A stretch of 64,000 nt of DNA from Planctomycetota bacterium (GCA_965248445.1 CBDFJG010000002.1:384001-448000), one strand, 5' to 3'. Positions 47,385 through 58,309 are shown, counted from the stretch's first letter. Made by a program: numbers and translations. The notes: generated from the letters alone by a model not told the origin.

Positions 47385-50300
47385 CTAGTCGAGCCAGTCG
47401 AAGACGCGCAGGTACTCGCCGTTCGTGCTCGTGTCGGGGTAGAACTCGGTCAGCAGGATCAGCGAGTACCCCGAGCTGCCTGCCACGTCTCCGAGCAACA
47501 GCTCGTGCACATCGCCCGTGTCGGTCGTGGTCGGCGGCAGGAAGTCGTTCCCGACCGCGAAGGTGAGACCCCCGGGCCGGCCGAACAGTAGGCGGGTTGC
47601 ACGAACACGCGCCGCGCCGGCGTCCTCCAGCGCCTCGAGGGTCCCCACCAGGATGTCCACCTCGCCGTCACCGTTCACATCCCTCACCGCGAGCGTGAAG
47701 CCCCGCAGGTTGTCGTCTTTCGTGCCCGGCAACGGGACGGACGGCAGCGCGGTAGCCGTCACGTCCGTGAATCCGGTGGCGGCACCGTCATTCCGCAGGA
47801 CACGCAGCGCGTGCGCCGTGAACGTCGGCCCGGCGCTCGTGTGCGCGTCGAGTGAGACGCCGTGGACCAGCACGAGGTCGAGGTCGGAGTCTCCGTCGAG
47901 ATCGACCAATTCCAGAGCGTGCCCCTGCCAGAGTTCGTTGCCGCTGACGGCCGGCAGCCACGTCGAGGTGGCGTCGGTGAAGAACCCCCTGCCATCGTTC
48001 GTCAACACGGCTGCCGAGACCCGCGCCGTGTCGTAGCTCCCGCCGTAGTAGTCCGCCGAGAACAGACCATACGGGGTCGTGGTCAGCGGGTTCGACCACG
48101 TGAGGACGATGTCGAGGTCGTTGTCGTTGTCGATGTCGCCGAGAGCGACGTCGTTCGCGGGGAACGCCGGGAGAACCGACGGTATTGTGCCCGCCAGCGG
48201 GAGACGCGGGAACGAGACGTTCACGAGGCCGTTGGCGTTGGCGATATCGTTGTCGAAGATGAGGAGTGCCGACGCGTACTGATACGTCGGTGTGACGTTG
48301 TTGTAGAAGTAGCCCGCGTAGTAGCTCGCCGTGTAGCTGCCGGCTGTGCTCGTGTTGACATAGGCGGGCGGGACCACGAGGCTGCCTGCGCGGTAGCGCG
48401 TCGTTCCGACGACGACGTCGAGGTCGTTGTCGTTGTCCAGGTCGCCGAGAGCCAGGGACGTCGATGTCCCCATCGGTAGGTACGTACTCTGCGATACGAA
48501 GAACGGGTAGTTGTTCAGGTAGTACGTGTCGTAGACCTGCACGTATTGCCCGGGGTAGATCACGGAATTCGCCGTGTCGAACGTGAACGTCCCCGTGCCG
48601 TTGTTCTTGAAGACGCGGACGTCATCGTAGAACGCGCCGTAGTTCGGGTCGTAGACGGAACCCACGGATACGATCTCCGGACCATTGGAGCCGTCCAGAT
48701 CTCCGATCGCGAGGGCGTCGGCGATCCACGGATCCACACTGCCGGGATCGCCGTACGCGGCCGGGAAGTTCGTGCCGGTCCTGTCCTGCAGCGTCGTTCC
48801 GTTTCCGAGGAGCAGGCGCGTCAGTTCGGTCCGCGTCCCGGGCGGGTAGACGTAGGCGTCGTACGAACCGATCACGAGGTCGTTCGCGGCGCCGCCGCCG
48901 TCGAGGTCGCCGAGAGCAGCGCAGAACGCGCTGAAGTCGTCCACCGAAGAGCCCGCCGGCGCGCGCGTGGTGGTTCGCATCCGAGAAGCCCACGTACTTC
49001 ACGGCGTCGCTCAGCGCGCCCTGCTGACCGGCAATGTCGGTCACGAGGAGCGGCTTCCCTCCGAACGTCGTGGACGACGGAGCGGCGAAGTCGAACGACG
49101 TGGCCGTGACGTTGGAGACTGTGAGCGGACTCCCGTCGAACTCGAACGTGTTGGTCGCGCGGAACCCGGTGCCTGTCGCGCGCATCGTCGTTCCACCCGC
49201 GAGCGGCACCTCGTCGGGCGCGGCGAACGGTCCAGAGATAGCGGCGACGCTGCGGATCGTCGGCGGTGCCTCGATCACGAAAATCGGTCCGAACACGATG
49301 GTGCCCACGCGATCGACCAGTTGCGACGTATACAGGCCGGCCGGCAGCGCCGGCGACGAGAACGTCGCCGTCGTCGAGTTCACGTTCGCCAGAGTGACGC
49401 CCACCCCGGCGAACGACAGGGCGTCGTCGATCTCGAAGCCCGTGCCGGACAGTGTGACAGTCGTGCCTCCCACGACCGCCGCGAACAGCGGATCGAATGG
49501 CGTGGCCGCGAATGCGGGCGGCACCTTGTAGGTGAACATGAACGGCGCGACAGCGTCTCGGCCGAACGCGTCGGTCAGCACGATGGCCGCGTCGCCTATC
49601 GCTCCGGCCGGAGTCGTCACCGTTGCCGAAGAGCCGTCCCCCGCGAGCGCAGTCACCGCGGCTGAGTTGAGCCCGAATCGCACGGTCACCGGCGCGGCGA
49701 AGTTCGCGCCCAAGAGCCTGAACGACTGTCCCCCGGCGGTCGATCCGCCGCGCCGGACGGCGTCGGTCACGTCGCGCAGGTCGGCGATCACGGGAGGCGG
49801 CGGGTACAGGAAGTACGCGCCGCGTCGCGATGCCTGGCCATCCGGATTCTGGACCGCTAGCGAGACCACCGTGCCGTCGGTTCCGGCAGGAACGTCCACG
49901 TCGAGGAACGCGCCGCCGCCCCCCACCGACACGCCCGTGCCGGGTGTGTCACCGAAGAACACGCTGGGCGCGCCGGACGTCGAGAAGTTGCTGCCCGTCA
50001 CGCGCAGCCGCGATCCCTCGATGCCGACGAGCGGGTCGGCGCGGATCGCGAGAATCGGCTCGGTGCTCGAGACCTCCTCCGGCTTTTTGCCGGACTTCGG
50101 GCGGTCCTGCGGCGTGACGGAGTACGAGATCGCGTAGTTGGCTGTGCCCGCGTCGACCGCCGTGCGGAGGACGTACGATCCGACGCCGGTGGAAAGGGGC
50201 GCCTTCTTCAACAGGAGCTTGTTCGCGCCCTTGGCCTGGACCGCGGCGGCGGCCCCGGGCACCGCGTCGCTCTGCGGGTCCTCGAGCGCATCCGCGCGCA

Positions 50301-50913
50301 CGGGGCTCTGCTTCTTGCTCCATGTCAGCTTGAAGGAGAAGAGCGCGCCGTCGGTCCCGCCGAACACGTGGTCCCGCGTTCCCGGACCCGCAGCGTCGAG
50401 GTCCTGGTCTTTGAGCTTTGTCTTCCGCGCCTTCGAGATCTTGGTGCTGATCGTGTACGTACCGGTCGTCACACCGGCGCCGGTCACACGCACTCCCCAG
50501 ATGCCCGTGGTGAGGACGTCGAATTTCGAGAGCTTCAGCTTGGTGCGCTTCTTGTTCGCCTTCACGCCCAGCGCGTCTCCGGTGATCAGAGTGCCGTCCG
50601 GTTGCACCAGAGACAGCACGGGCTGGAGTGTTCCCTTTTTCGGGATGGCGAGCGTCACCGTCAGCCGCTCGCCGGCCAGGAGCGGCGCGGCGAACACGTC
50701 TTCGTCGGTCTCTCCCGATCGCAGGTCGATCGACGACGTGAACTTCGACTTGCCGAATTCCACGCCGAGCGGCGTCTCAGCGCGCGCCGGCGCGCCCTGC
50801 AAGAGCGGCAACAGGATCAGCACGAGCGTCGCCCACGTACTCGCGTGTCGCGAGGCGCGTGGCTCGGACGGCCGGATAGCAAGCGTTCCAGGAACGTGGA
50901 GCGGCGTCATCAA
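47385..50913 (-). pseudogene. Large secreted IPT/TIG plus FG-GAP repeat protein with +1 frameshift at 48974-48975
   Basis: IPT-like repeats (GGTTVTLSGTGF) in 48622..50913; FG-GAP repeats (GDLDNDNDLDVVVG) in 47385..48980; removing one base gives VGFSDATTTRAP. Confidence 0.82.
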
Positions 50914-51053
50914 GAGGTCCTCCCCTGAACCACCGCCCGGCCGTTTGCCCGCGCGCGGCGGATACTTGGAGCCTAGACGGGAGTCGCAATCTTGTGCAAC
51001 TGCCGTATTCGCGCACTGCTGGGTGTCCCGAGGAGTCCCGTTAGACTCCGCGC

Positions 51054-51485
51054 ATGGCCACCTATCAGAGCGTCACCACCGGCGATGTCATCGACGTCGC
51101 ACCCCACATGGACCGCGCCGCGCGCGCTCTGGCCGCGGCCGAACTGTTGGCCCGGGAGGGCTTCTTCGCGGATGCAGTCGTGCGAGCCCACCAGTCCACC
51201 GTGCACGCGGAGCGGGCGCTGCTCGCCACGGAGAACCGCAGTCCGAGTACCACGTGGTCGGTCCATCGCATGGCGACGTCTCACTTCCACGGCCGGGACG
51301 AACTGAGCCGCAACCACGCACCGGACCTCGAAGCGCTGGCCGCACAGCGGGCGCGCGTGGACGAGCAGCCGGTCGGCGACGCAGACGCCCCGGACGCAGA
51401 GAACGCAGTGGGGCTCGCGCGGGAGCTCCACGACGAGGTGCGCGGCTGGCTCGCGACCTCCGGATACCTGGAAACAGACGCATGA
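51054..51485 (+). CDS. HEPN-domain protein (UPF0332/COG1895-like), degenerate
   Basis: RAARALAAAELLAREGFFADAVVRAHQSTVHAERALL...RARVDE; family pattern recognisable with substitutions. Confidence 0.72.
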   Translation: MATYQSVTTGDVIDVAPHMDRAARALAAAELLAREGFFADAVVRAHQSTVHAERALLATENRSPSTTWSVHRMATSHFHGRDELSRNHAPDLEALAAQRARVDEQPVGDADAPDAENAVGLARELHDEVRGWLATSGYLETDA

Positions 51486-51820
51486 CATCCAGCGGAAGAG
51501 CGGGCGATGCGACGGTCTACCGCATCAGCGACAAGGGGCACCTGCACGTGCCGCGCAGCATCCTCGAGCAGGTCGGACTGGACGCCAAGATGCGCGTGCA
51601 GTTCGTCGTCGAGGGCAAGACGCTCGTGATCCAGCGCTCGGCCGGCGGCGACAACCCGCTCGACGGCGCGCTCGGCAAGAAGCCCGACCGCGACCTGTTC
51701 GGCAAGATCCACGAGGAGCAGGCCGAACGCAAACGCCGCCAGCTCGACGCGTTCGGCGACAAGGTGAAGGAAGCCGCCGACGACCCCGAGCCGCCGAGCC
51801 ACCCGTTCGGGCGCGACTGA
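51482..51820 (+). CDS. AbrB/MazE/SpoVT-family DNA-binding protein
   Basis: RISDKGHLHVPRSILEQVGL....RVQFVVEGKTLVI; ATGA overlap with the HEPN gene. Confidence 0.8.
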   Translation: MTSSGRAGDATVYRISDKGHLHVPRSILEQVGLDAKMRVQFVVEGKTLVIQRSAGGDNPLDGALGKKPDRDLFGKIHEEQAERKRRQLDAFGDKVKEAADDPEPPSHPFGRD

Positions 51821-51824
51821 GCCC

Positions 51825-52718
51825 ATGGCCGCCGGGGGGGCCATGTCCGCGGGGGAGAACGGCGAGCGTAAGCCGAAGGCCGGCGCCGTCGGCGCGGTCA
51901 AGAACGCCGCGGCGGGTGCAGCACGCGCGACCGTGACGAGCAGCGTCACGTTCACGACGGGGGCGCTCTGCATCCTGCGCGGTCTGAAGCGCATGTTCCA
52001 CACCCCGTGGTTGTGGCCGTATGCCGCCGCGCCGGTGTTCATTGCGTTCCTGACGTTTGTCGGAACGATGTACTGGCTCGTCACGTGGCTCGCGCCCGCG
52101 GTGCACGAATTCGTTGCGTCGCATCTGTGGGACTGGGCAGCCTCTATTGCGGGGATCTTCACGGCGACCGGTCTGATCGGGGCGGGGCTGATCGCGATGT
52201 ACTTCGCGTTCCCGGCTATCGTGCGCGTCGTCGCCGCACCGTTCCTCGCGCTGCTCGCCGACAAGACGTACCAGAACGTGTCCGGCCGGCCCGCGCCGAC
52301 ACCGCCGGGCTCGAAGTTCGTGCGCTGGATCGTGCGACCGGTCTTCGAGGCGCTCGTGCTGCTCGGCATTCGCGTGCTGGTGACGGCCCCCGCCCTGCTG
52401 CTGCTGTGCATTCCGGTGGCCGGCCCGATCCTGTTCTTCGTTGTCATGCTGCCGCTCGAGGGCATGGATCTGATGGACCTCGCGCAGTCGGCACGCGCGC
52501 TTCCGTTCGGCCAGCGTCTGCGCTTCGTCCGCGGGAACCTCCTTGCCACGTCCGGGCTCGGACTGGGCGCCGCTGGCGTGCTCCTGATCCCGTTCGTGAA
52601 CGTGTTCCTCCTGCCGTCGCTCGTCGTGGGCGCGGTTCTGCTCGACGAACGCATGTCGCCGGACTTCGCGCCGGACGTCAATGCACCGCCCGAACTGCCG
52701 CCTCCGGAGCAGCTGTGA
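51825..52718 (+). CDS. EI24/CysZ-like membrane protein
   Basis: LWPYAAAP, VAAPFLALLADK, LLLCIPVAG, LLIPFVNVFLLP; start 51825 or 51843. Confidence 0.78.
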   Translation: MAAGGAMSAGENGERKPKAGAVGAVKNAAAGAARATVTSSVTFTTGALCILRGLKRMFHTPWLWPYAAAPVFIAFLTFVGTMYWLVTWLAPAVHEFVASHLWDWAASIAGIFTATGLIGAGLIAMYFAFPAIVRVVAAPFLALLADKTYQNVSGRPAPTPPGSKFVRWIVRPVFEALVLLGIRVLVTAPALLLLCIPVAGPILFFVVMLPLEGMDLMDLAQSARALPFGQRLRFVRGNLLATSGLGLGAAGVLLIPFVNVFLLPSLVVGAVLLDERMSPDFAPDVNAPPELPPPEQL

Positions 52719-53449
52719 GCCGGCCGCTCTACGAACGGATCGCCGCGGACCCCCGCGTGGACATCAGCGACGATCCGTCCGGAGCGCGCGACCTGGAGGG
52801 TGTCGCGGCCGCGCTCTCGCGCGCGGCGAGCGCGACCGATGACCATGCGGCGAGCGCGGCCTTCGACGAGGCGGGTGCGCTCCACGACCTGGCGACGCTC
52901 GATGCGGTCCTCGCGAAGACGGTCGGCGGCGGGCCGCTCGCCTTCCTGCGCGGTGTGCGCCGCCGCCGCTTGCGCGACCTGGCGCGGGCCGCGCTCGAGG
53001 GGACGGCCCACCCGGGAGCGTTGCGCTTGGCCGCCGCCCTGCTCGGCGCCGTTGGCGACAAGTCGGACGTCGAGGGCCTCGAGACCGTCGCCGCGCACCC
53101 GTCCTTCACACTTCACGGCGCCACGGCACTCGCGAACATGAGCAACCGCGCCGCGCTGGGCGCGCTCCTGCGCCTGCTCACCCGCACCGACGGTGACGCG
53201 CGGGTCATCGTCATCGACCGCCTCCTCGCCCACATCCGCGAGCCGGCCGTCCGCCTGGCGCTCTTGCGCGATGCTCTGACCGGTCTGGACGACCGCCCGG
53301 CGAGCGAGATCGCTCCCGCCATCGTGCAGGCGATGGACGTCCGTTCCATCGCGACCGACAGCGCTGCACCCGACGACTTGCGTGCGGCCGCAGACCGCCT
53401 GCTGGACCTGGCCGGGCGCCCGCCGGCACCGCGCGACGAAGCCTTCTGA
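52715..53449 (+). CDS. HEAT-like helical hypothetical protein
   Basis: GTGA overlap with the upstream gene; AAALLGAVGDKSDV, GATALANM. Confidence 0.65.
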   Translation: MSRPLYERIAADPRVDISDDPSGARDLEGVAAALSRAASATDDHAASAAFDEAGALHDLATLDAVLAKTVGGGPLAFLRGVRRRRLRDLARAALEGTAHPGALRLAAALLGAVGDKSDVEGLETVAAHPSFTLHGATALANMSNRAALGALLRLLTRTDGDARVIVIDRLLAHIREPAVRLALLRDALTGLDDRPASEIAPAIVQAMDVRSIATDSAAPDDLRAAADRLLDLAGRPPAPRDEAF

Positions 53450-53564
53450 GCCGCGGCTCCTCGTCCGGTGGGCGTGGTAGCGTCGGACGCTCGTGCACCT
53501 TCGGGCTATCGGTGCGCATGCACGCGTCCGCAGCGTGGCAGTCGAGAACGGGTCAGGAGAGCGC

Positions 53565-55433
53565 ATGGTGAGCAGAGCGGGGTCCGGAAAGGGTGCGAAG
53601 CGATCGAACGGGAAGGCCGCCGCCCGGCCCAAGAAGTCGCCGGCCCGCCAGAAGCGCACCGCGGAGCAGCTCGCCAGCAAGCAGCGCGAGATCAGCGTCT
53701 CGGAGTTCTTCGAGAAGAACCGGCACCTGCTGGGGTTCGACAACCCGCTCAAAGCGCTCCTCACGACCGTCAAGGAGGGCGTCGACAACGCACTCGATGC
53801 TTGCGAGGAAGCCGGCGTCCTGCCCGACGTGATCGTCGAGATCACGCGCAAGGAGGACCTCAAGCAGTTCGACGCGACGACGCCGAAGTACGCCGACGGC
53901 TTCACCGGGGAGGTCGTCGCGGCCGCCGACCTCGATACGGTTCGCAAGACCGACGGCAAGCGGTCCGCCGCGGCGGGGAGCCTCTTCGCCTCACTTGCCG
54001 ACGAAGACCTGACGGAGGAAGAGGAGAACGCGCTCGAGGAGGCCGCCAAAAGGAAGCCCAAGGGCCGCGGAAAGGGCATCGCGGCGCCGCCCGAGATCTT
54101 CGTCATCGCGATCGAGGACAACGGCCCGGGCATTGTCGCGGCGCAGGTGGCCAAGATCTTCGGCAAGCTGCTCTACGGCTCGAAGTTCCACCGGCTGCGC
54201 CAGAGCCGCGGCCAGCAGGGCATCGGCATCTCGGCGGCAGGCATGTACGGCCAGCAGACGACGGGACGCCCGGTGCGCATCCTGTCCCGGACCTCCAAGC
54301 GCGCCCAGGCGCACTACATGGAGGTCGCGCTCGATGTGAAGCGCAACCAGCCCGACGTGCGTGTGGACGAGAAGCGGGAGTGGCACAAGTCGCGCGGCAC
54401 GCGCGTCGAGATCGAGATGAAGGCGCGCTACCAGCGCGGCCGCCGGTCGGTGGACGACTACCTGCGCGCCACGGCGATGGCCAACCCGCACGTCACGCTT
54501 CGTTACCGCGATCCGGACGGCAGGTGGACCGTGTACCGCCGGGCGACCAAGACCCTGCCGCCGGAGCCGCGCGAGGTGAAGCCCCACCCGTACGGCGTCG
54601 AGCTCGGCATGTTCCTGCGCATGCTGGGGACGTCCGAGTCGCAGAAGGTCGGCGCGTTCCTGCAGAGCGAGTTCTCCCGCGTCTCGCGCAAGTCCGCGCA
54701 GGAGATCTGCAAGCTGTCGGGCGCCAACATGACGACCTGGCTCTCGCGGGTGCAGGGAGACGACGCCCGCGAACTGCACGCGGCGCTCTCCAAGGTCAAG
54801 CTGATGAACCCGCCGACGGACTGCATCAGCCCGATCGGCGAGGACCTCCTGATCGAGAGCCTGGCGCGCGAGTACCCGGACGCGTTCCTGCGCGCCGTCA
54901 CCCGGCCGCCGACCGTCTACCGCGGCAACCCGTTCCAGATCGAGGTGGCGCTGGCGTACGGCAAGGGTTTGCCGGCCGAGGGGTCCGCCACCGTCTGGCG
55001 CTTCGCCAACCGCGTCCCGCTGCTCTACCAGCACGGCGCGTGCGCCATCACGAAGCAGGTCAACTCGGTGCCGTGGAAGAACTACGGCATCGAGCAGTCC
55101 CGCGGCGGCCCGCCCGGCGGCCCGCTGATGCTGATCGTGCACCTCGCGTCGGTGTGGGTGCCGTTCACCTCCGAGTCAAAGGAGGCGGTGGCGCACTACC
55201 CCGAGATCTTGAAGGAGCTGCGGCTCGCGGTCATGGACTGCGGCCGCGCGCTCGGACGTCACGTGCGGGCCGAGAAGAAGCGCGCCGACGCGATCAAGAA
55301 GCGCGACTACATCGCGCGCTACATCCCCAAGATCGCGCTGGCGCTGCAGAACATCCTGGAGTTCGACACCAAGGAACGGGACCGCACGGCGGCGACGCTG
55401 CGCCAGGTCCTCGACAAGAGCAGGAACCTCTGA
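53565..55433 (+). CDS. top6B: DNA topoisomerase VI subunit B
   Basis: QREISVSEFFEKNRHLLGF, VKEGVDNALDACEEAG, EDNGPG, LLYGSKF, SRGQQGIGIS, PHPYG, RFANRVPLLY, VPFTSESKEA; AGGAG RBS. Confidence 0.96.
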   Translation: MVSRAGSGKGAKRSNGKAAARPKKSPARQKRTAEQLASKQREISVSEFFEKNRHLLGFDNPLKALLTTVKEGVDNALDACEEAGVLPDVIVEITRKEDLKQFDATTPKYADGFTGEVVAAADLDTVRKTDGKRSAAAGSLFASLADEDLTEEEENALEEAAKRKPKGRGKGIAAPPEIFVIAIEDNGPGIVAAQVAKIFGKLLYGSKFHRLRQSRGQQGIGISAAGMYGQQTTGRPVRILSRTSKRAQAHYMEVALDVKRNQPDVRVDEKREWHKSRGTRVEIEMKARYQRGRRSVDDYLRATAMANPHVTLRYRDPDGRWTVYRRATKTLPPEPREVKPHPYGVELGMFLRMLGTSESQKVGAFLQSEFSRVSRKSAQEICKLSGANMTTWLSRVQGDDARELHAALSKVKLMNPPTDCISPIGEDLLIESLAREYPDAFLRAVTRPPTVYRGNPFQIEVALAYGKGLPAEGSATVWRFANRVPLLYQHGACAITKQVNSVPWKNYGIEQSRGGPPGGPLMLIVHLASVWVPFTSESKEAVAHYPEILKELRLAVMDCGRALGRHVRAEKKRADAIKKRDYIARYIPKIALALQNILEFDTKERDRTAATLRQVLDKSRNL

Positions 55434-55434
55434 G

Positions 55435-56568
55435 ATGACTGCCAAGAGACGACGCCGCGCGCCGCCCAAGAAGTCCCGCGCCGAGCTGGACGAAGTGACG
55501 ATCGAGCAGATCGAGAACGTCGCGAAGAACGTGCACCAGACGGTCAAGGCGTTGGACCGTCCGCGTCTCGTCTTCCCGCAGCGCTCGCTGTCGAACGTGT
55601 CGTATGACCCGAAGATCGGTTACTTCGAGCTCGGCGAAGCCACGTCCGAGCGAACGCTGACGTACAACACGGCGAAGAGCTTCGCGCAGACGCTGCTGAT
55701 GATGAACGAGGTCCGGCGGCACATCCGCGCAGACGAGCACGCCACCAAGCGAGAGATGTACTACATCTCGAAGAACTGGGACGACACGGCGTTCAAGGAC
55801 CAGCCCGAGTCCGACACCGTCATCGACGACATCGAGGCCATGTTCGCGTCCAACGGGATCACGCGCGAGCAGCTCCGAATCATCGCCGAGCAGCACGGTG
55901 GGTCGGTGGTTGGCAATCTCGTCGTGCTCGACAAGGGCACTCACATCGACTGCTCGCAGCAGGGTTCCGGCGCGTGGAGCATCCCGAAGGACGTCGAGGG
56001 ACTACGCTTCGAGACGAACGCCAAGTTCATCCTGTGCATCGAGACCGGCGGCACGTTCAACCGGCTACACGAGGCGAACTTCTGGGAGACGGCCAACTCC
56101 AACTGCATCCTGGTGCAGATGAGCGGCGTCCCCTCGCGCATGTGCCGCCGCTTCGTGCGTCGCCTGGCCGACGACTGCAATCTGCCGGTGTACGTCTTCA
56201 CCGACTGCGACCCGTACGGCTTCGCGAACATCTACCGCACGCTGAAGGTCGGCTCGGGCAACGCGGCCCACATGAACCGCCACTACTGCGTACCCCAAGC
56301 GCAGTTCCTCGGCGTGACGCCGGAGGACGTGGACCGCTACGAGCTGCCGACGCACAAGATGGCGGCCGTCGACATCAAGCGCGCCAACGACGCCATCAAG
56401 AACGACCCGTTCTTCAAGGCGCACAAGCCCTGGACCCGCGCCATCAAGCGGCTGATCGCGACGGGAAACCGCGCCGAGCAGCAGGCCTTCGCGAAGCACG
56501 GCCTCTCGTTCGTCTACGACACGTACTTGCCCGAGAAACTCGCCAACCCCCGCAAGTTCCTCCCGTAG
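55435..56568 (+). CDS. top6A: DNA topoisomerase VI subunit A (Spo11-like)
   Basis: TKREMYY catalytic-Tyr motif, FKDQPESD..IDDIE, Toprim CIETGG and FTDCDPYG. Confidence 0.95.
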   Translation: MTAKRRRRAPPKKSRAELDEVTIEQIENVAKNVHQTVKALDRPRLVFPQRSLSNVSYDPKIGYFELGEATSERTLTYNTAKSFAQTLLMMNEVRRHIRADEHATKREMYYISKNWDDTAFKDQPESDTVIDDIEAMFASNGITREQLRIIAEQHGGSVVGNLVVLDKGTHIDCSQQGSGAWSIPKDVEGLRFETNAKFILCIETGGTFNRLHEANFWETANSNCILVQMSGVPSRMCRRFVRRLADDCNLPVYVFTDCDPYGFANIYRTLKVGSGNAAHMNRHYCVPQAQFLGVTPEDVDRYELPTHKMAAVDIKRANDAIKNDPFFKAHKPWTRAIKRLIATGNRAEQQAFAKHGLSFVYDTYLPEKLANPRKFLP

Positions 56569-56601
56569 CTCGTTCGTTGGTGGGCCGCTTACGATGAGGG
56601 T

Positions 56602-58089
56602 GTGAGCACTGTGCGAGCCGCCGTCGTCCTGCTTCCCGCGCTTCTGGTGGGGTGTGCCACGCAGTCCCCGCTGCCTGCACCGACGGAGACGACCGAGGTG
56701 AACGGCATCCCCATCGCTGCGATGGAGCAGCCGGGGGTCTCCGATGGCGCGGCCGGCGTCCGCTTCCCGCTGATCGTTCCTGCAGCAGCGGACGGTTCCG
56801 AGGACTTCGCGGACCTGCCGCTCACGGTGTATCCGACCCCGATCGAGGCCGCGTACGAGGACACGATGATCCGTGTCGACGACGCCGCATTCGTCGGCCC
56901 CGGGCACCCGGAATTGGGCGACGCTCTCTCGGCGCTGGCCCTCGATGCCGCGTATGCGGAGCTGCCCGCGGGCGGCTACGTCCTGCGCGTCACAGTCGCG
57001 GAGGGCGGCGGACTGATCGTGCTAGCCGCCCAGGATGCGTCCGGCGAGGCGCACGCCCGGCGCGCGCTGCTTCAACTCTCGCGCGGTGGCCCGGACGGAT
57101 CCGTGCTCGCGCGCGAGTGCCTGATCGTCGACCGCCCGGGGTTTCCTCTACGGGGGAGCAAGCGGCCGGAGCCCTGGGAACTCGAGTACGGGGCCAACTT
57201 CGTGTGGGGCGCCGGGGTCAAGGCGAAGCACGTTGGCCGCACCATGCTGCCGTTCTACGCCCCCGGCGCGACGCTCGACGCCGGAGCCGAGGGAATCGAG
57301 CGCGCCCTCCGCGCGCTCAGGCCGTGGCAGGACCGCGGCGTGACCGCGTTCGCCGTCAAGTTCGACGACGTCGGCTTCGGGCTGTCACCCGAGTCGCGGT
57401 TGCGCTTCGGCTCGTACCCGACTGCGGCGGTGCACTTCATGGCAGAGGTGCAGGCGGCGCTGCGCGCACGGGATACCACCACGCGGGTCTACTACCTCCC
57501 GCAGACCTACTGGTGGAACGACGACCGCCTCGAGTCGTTCGCGCGGGCTCTGCGCATGGCGGGAGGCCTTCCGGTCGACGCCGGTCTCGTGATGACCGGT
57601 CCCGAAGTCATCAGCGGCGAGATCGACTCGATCGGTCTGGCCACCTCCCGTGCTGCGTTCGGTCTCACGAAGACCAAGGCACTGATCTACGACAACCTCG
57701 GCCGCGAGGGCGACTGGGGACCACTCACCGGGCGGGATGCCGGCCTGACGGAACAGGCCGACGCCGTGTTCGGCGAGCGGGGCACCACCGTCAACCGGAT
57801 GACCCGACTCGACTGGTCGTGGAACCCGTGGGCCTACGACGCGGAGACGTCCTGGCGGCGCGCGATCTACGAACTGGCCGGTCCGGAGGGTTACGAACGG
57901 TTGCGTGCCGCGTGCGCCGCGTTCCGCGAGCGAGCGTCCCGCCCGGAAGCGGAGCGGGCGGTGCAGCGCTTCGCCGTGGCCGACCTGGGCGGCTGGCCGT
58001 CCCCTGTGCCCCAGGACGAACTCGTCCGCCTGCTCCGCAAGGACCTGCCGCGGCTCGAGCCGGACGTCTCGGTCGACGCCACGCGTTGA
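56602..58089 (+). CDS. Lipoprotein with GH84 (O-GlcNAcase/hyaluronidase)-like domain
   Basis: Lipobox LVGC; GH20b-like N-domain (GGYVLRV..IVDRPGFPLRG); FAVKFDDV, YYLPQTYW, MTGPEVIS, LIYDN, WSWNP. Confidence 0.72.
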   Translation: MSTVRAAVVLLPALLVGCATQSPLPAPTETTEVNGIPIAAMEQPGVSDGAAGVRFPLIVPAAADGSEDFADLPLTVYPTPIEAAYEDTMIRVDDAAFVGPGHPELGDALSALALDAAYAELPAGGYVLRVTVAEGGGLIVLAAQDASGEAHARRALLQLSRGGPDGSVLARECLIVDRPGFPLRGSKRPEPWELEYGANFVWGAGVKAKHVGRTMLPFYAPGATLDAGAEGIERALRALRPWQDRGVTAFAVKFDDVGFGLSPESRLRFGSYPTAAVHFMAEVQAALRARDTTTRVYYLPQTYWWNDDRLESFARALRMAGGLPVDAGLVMTGPEVISGEIDSIGLATSRAAFGLTKTKALIYDNLGREGDWGPLTGRDAGLTEQADAVFGERGTTVNRMTRLDWSWNPWAYDAETSWRRAIYELAGPEGYERLRAACAAFRERASRPEAERAVQRFAVADLGGWPSPVPQDELVRLLRKDLPRLEPDVSVDATR

Positions 58090-58309
58090 CCCTCCTCCTG
58101 TGCGGCCGATCAGACAGGTTGAGCCCCGGCCAGTGACTCCGCTCACCCGAAGCTGCCCAGGCTCGACTTTCTGCTGCCGCCTTCCGCCCCGCGGGGCGCC
58201 GGGTACCGGATGATGGGGGGACCGCGGCACAGAGTTGCGGCACAGAGTTTGTGCCACGGAGTGCTCGGAGGGTCGTGTGCCCTCCCCGTCGCATCCACGA
58301 GGAGACACC

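Noticed and set aside
53850..54095. Intein in top6B
   Set aside because: Too short and lacks C/S start, HN end and homing-endonuclease motifs.
51281..54166. 961-aa minus-strand ORF and similar long Arg/Ala/Pro-rich ORFs throughout
   Set aside because: Shadow ORFs of high-GC coding genes; no motifs, and they overlap well-supported genes.
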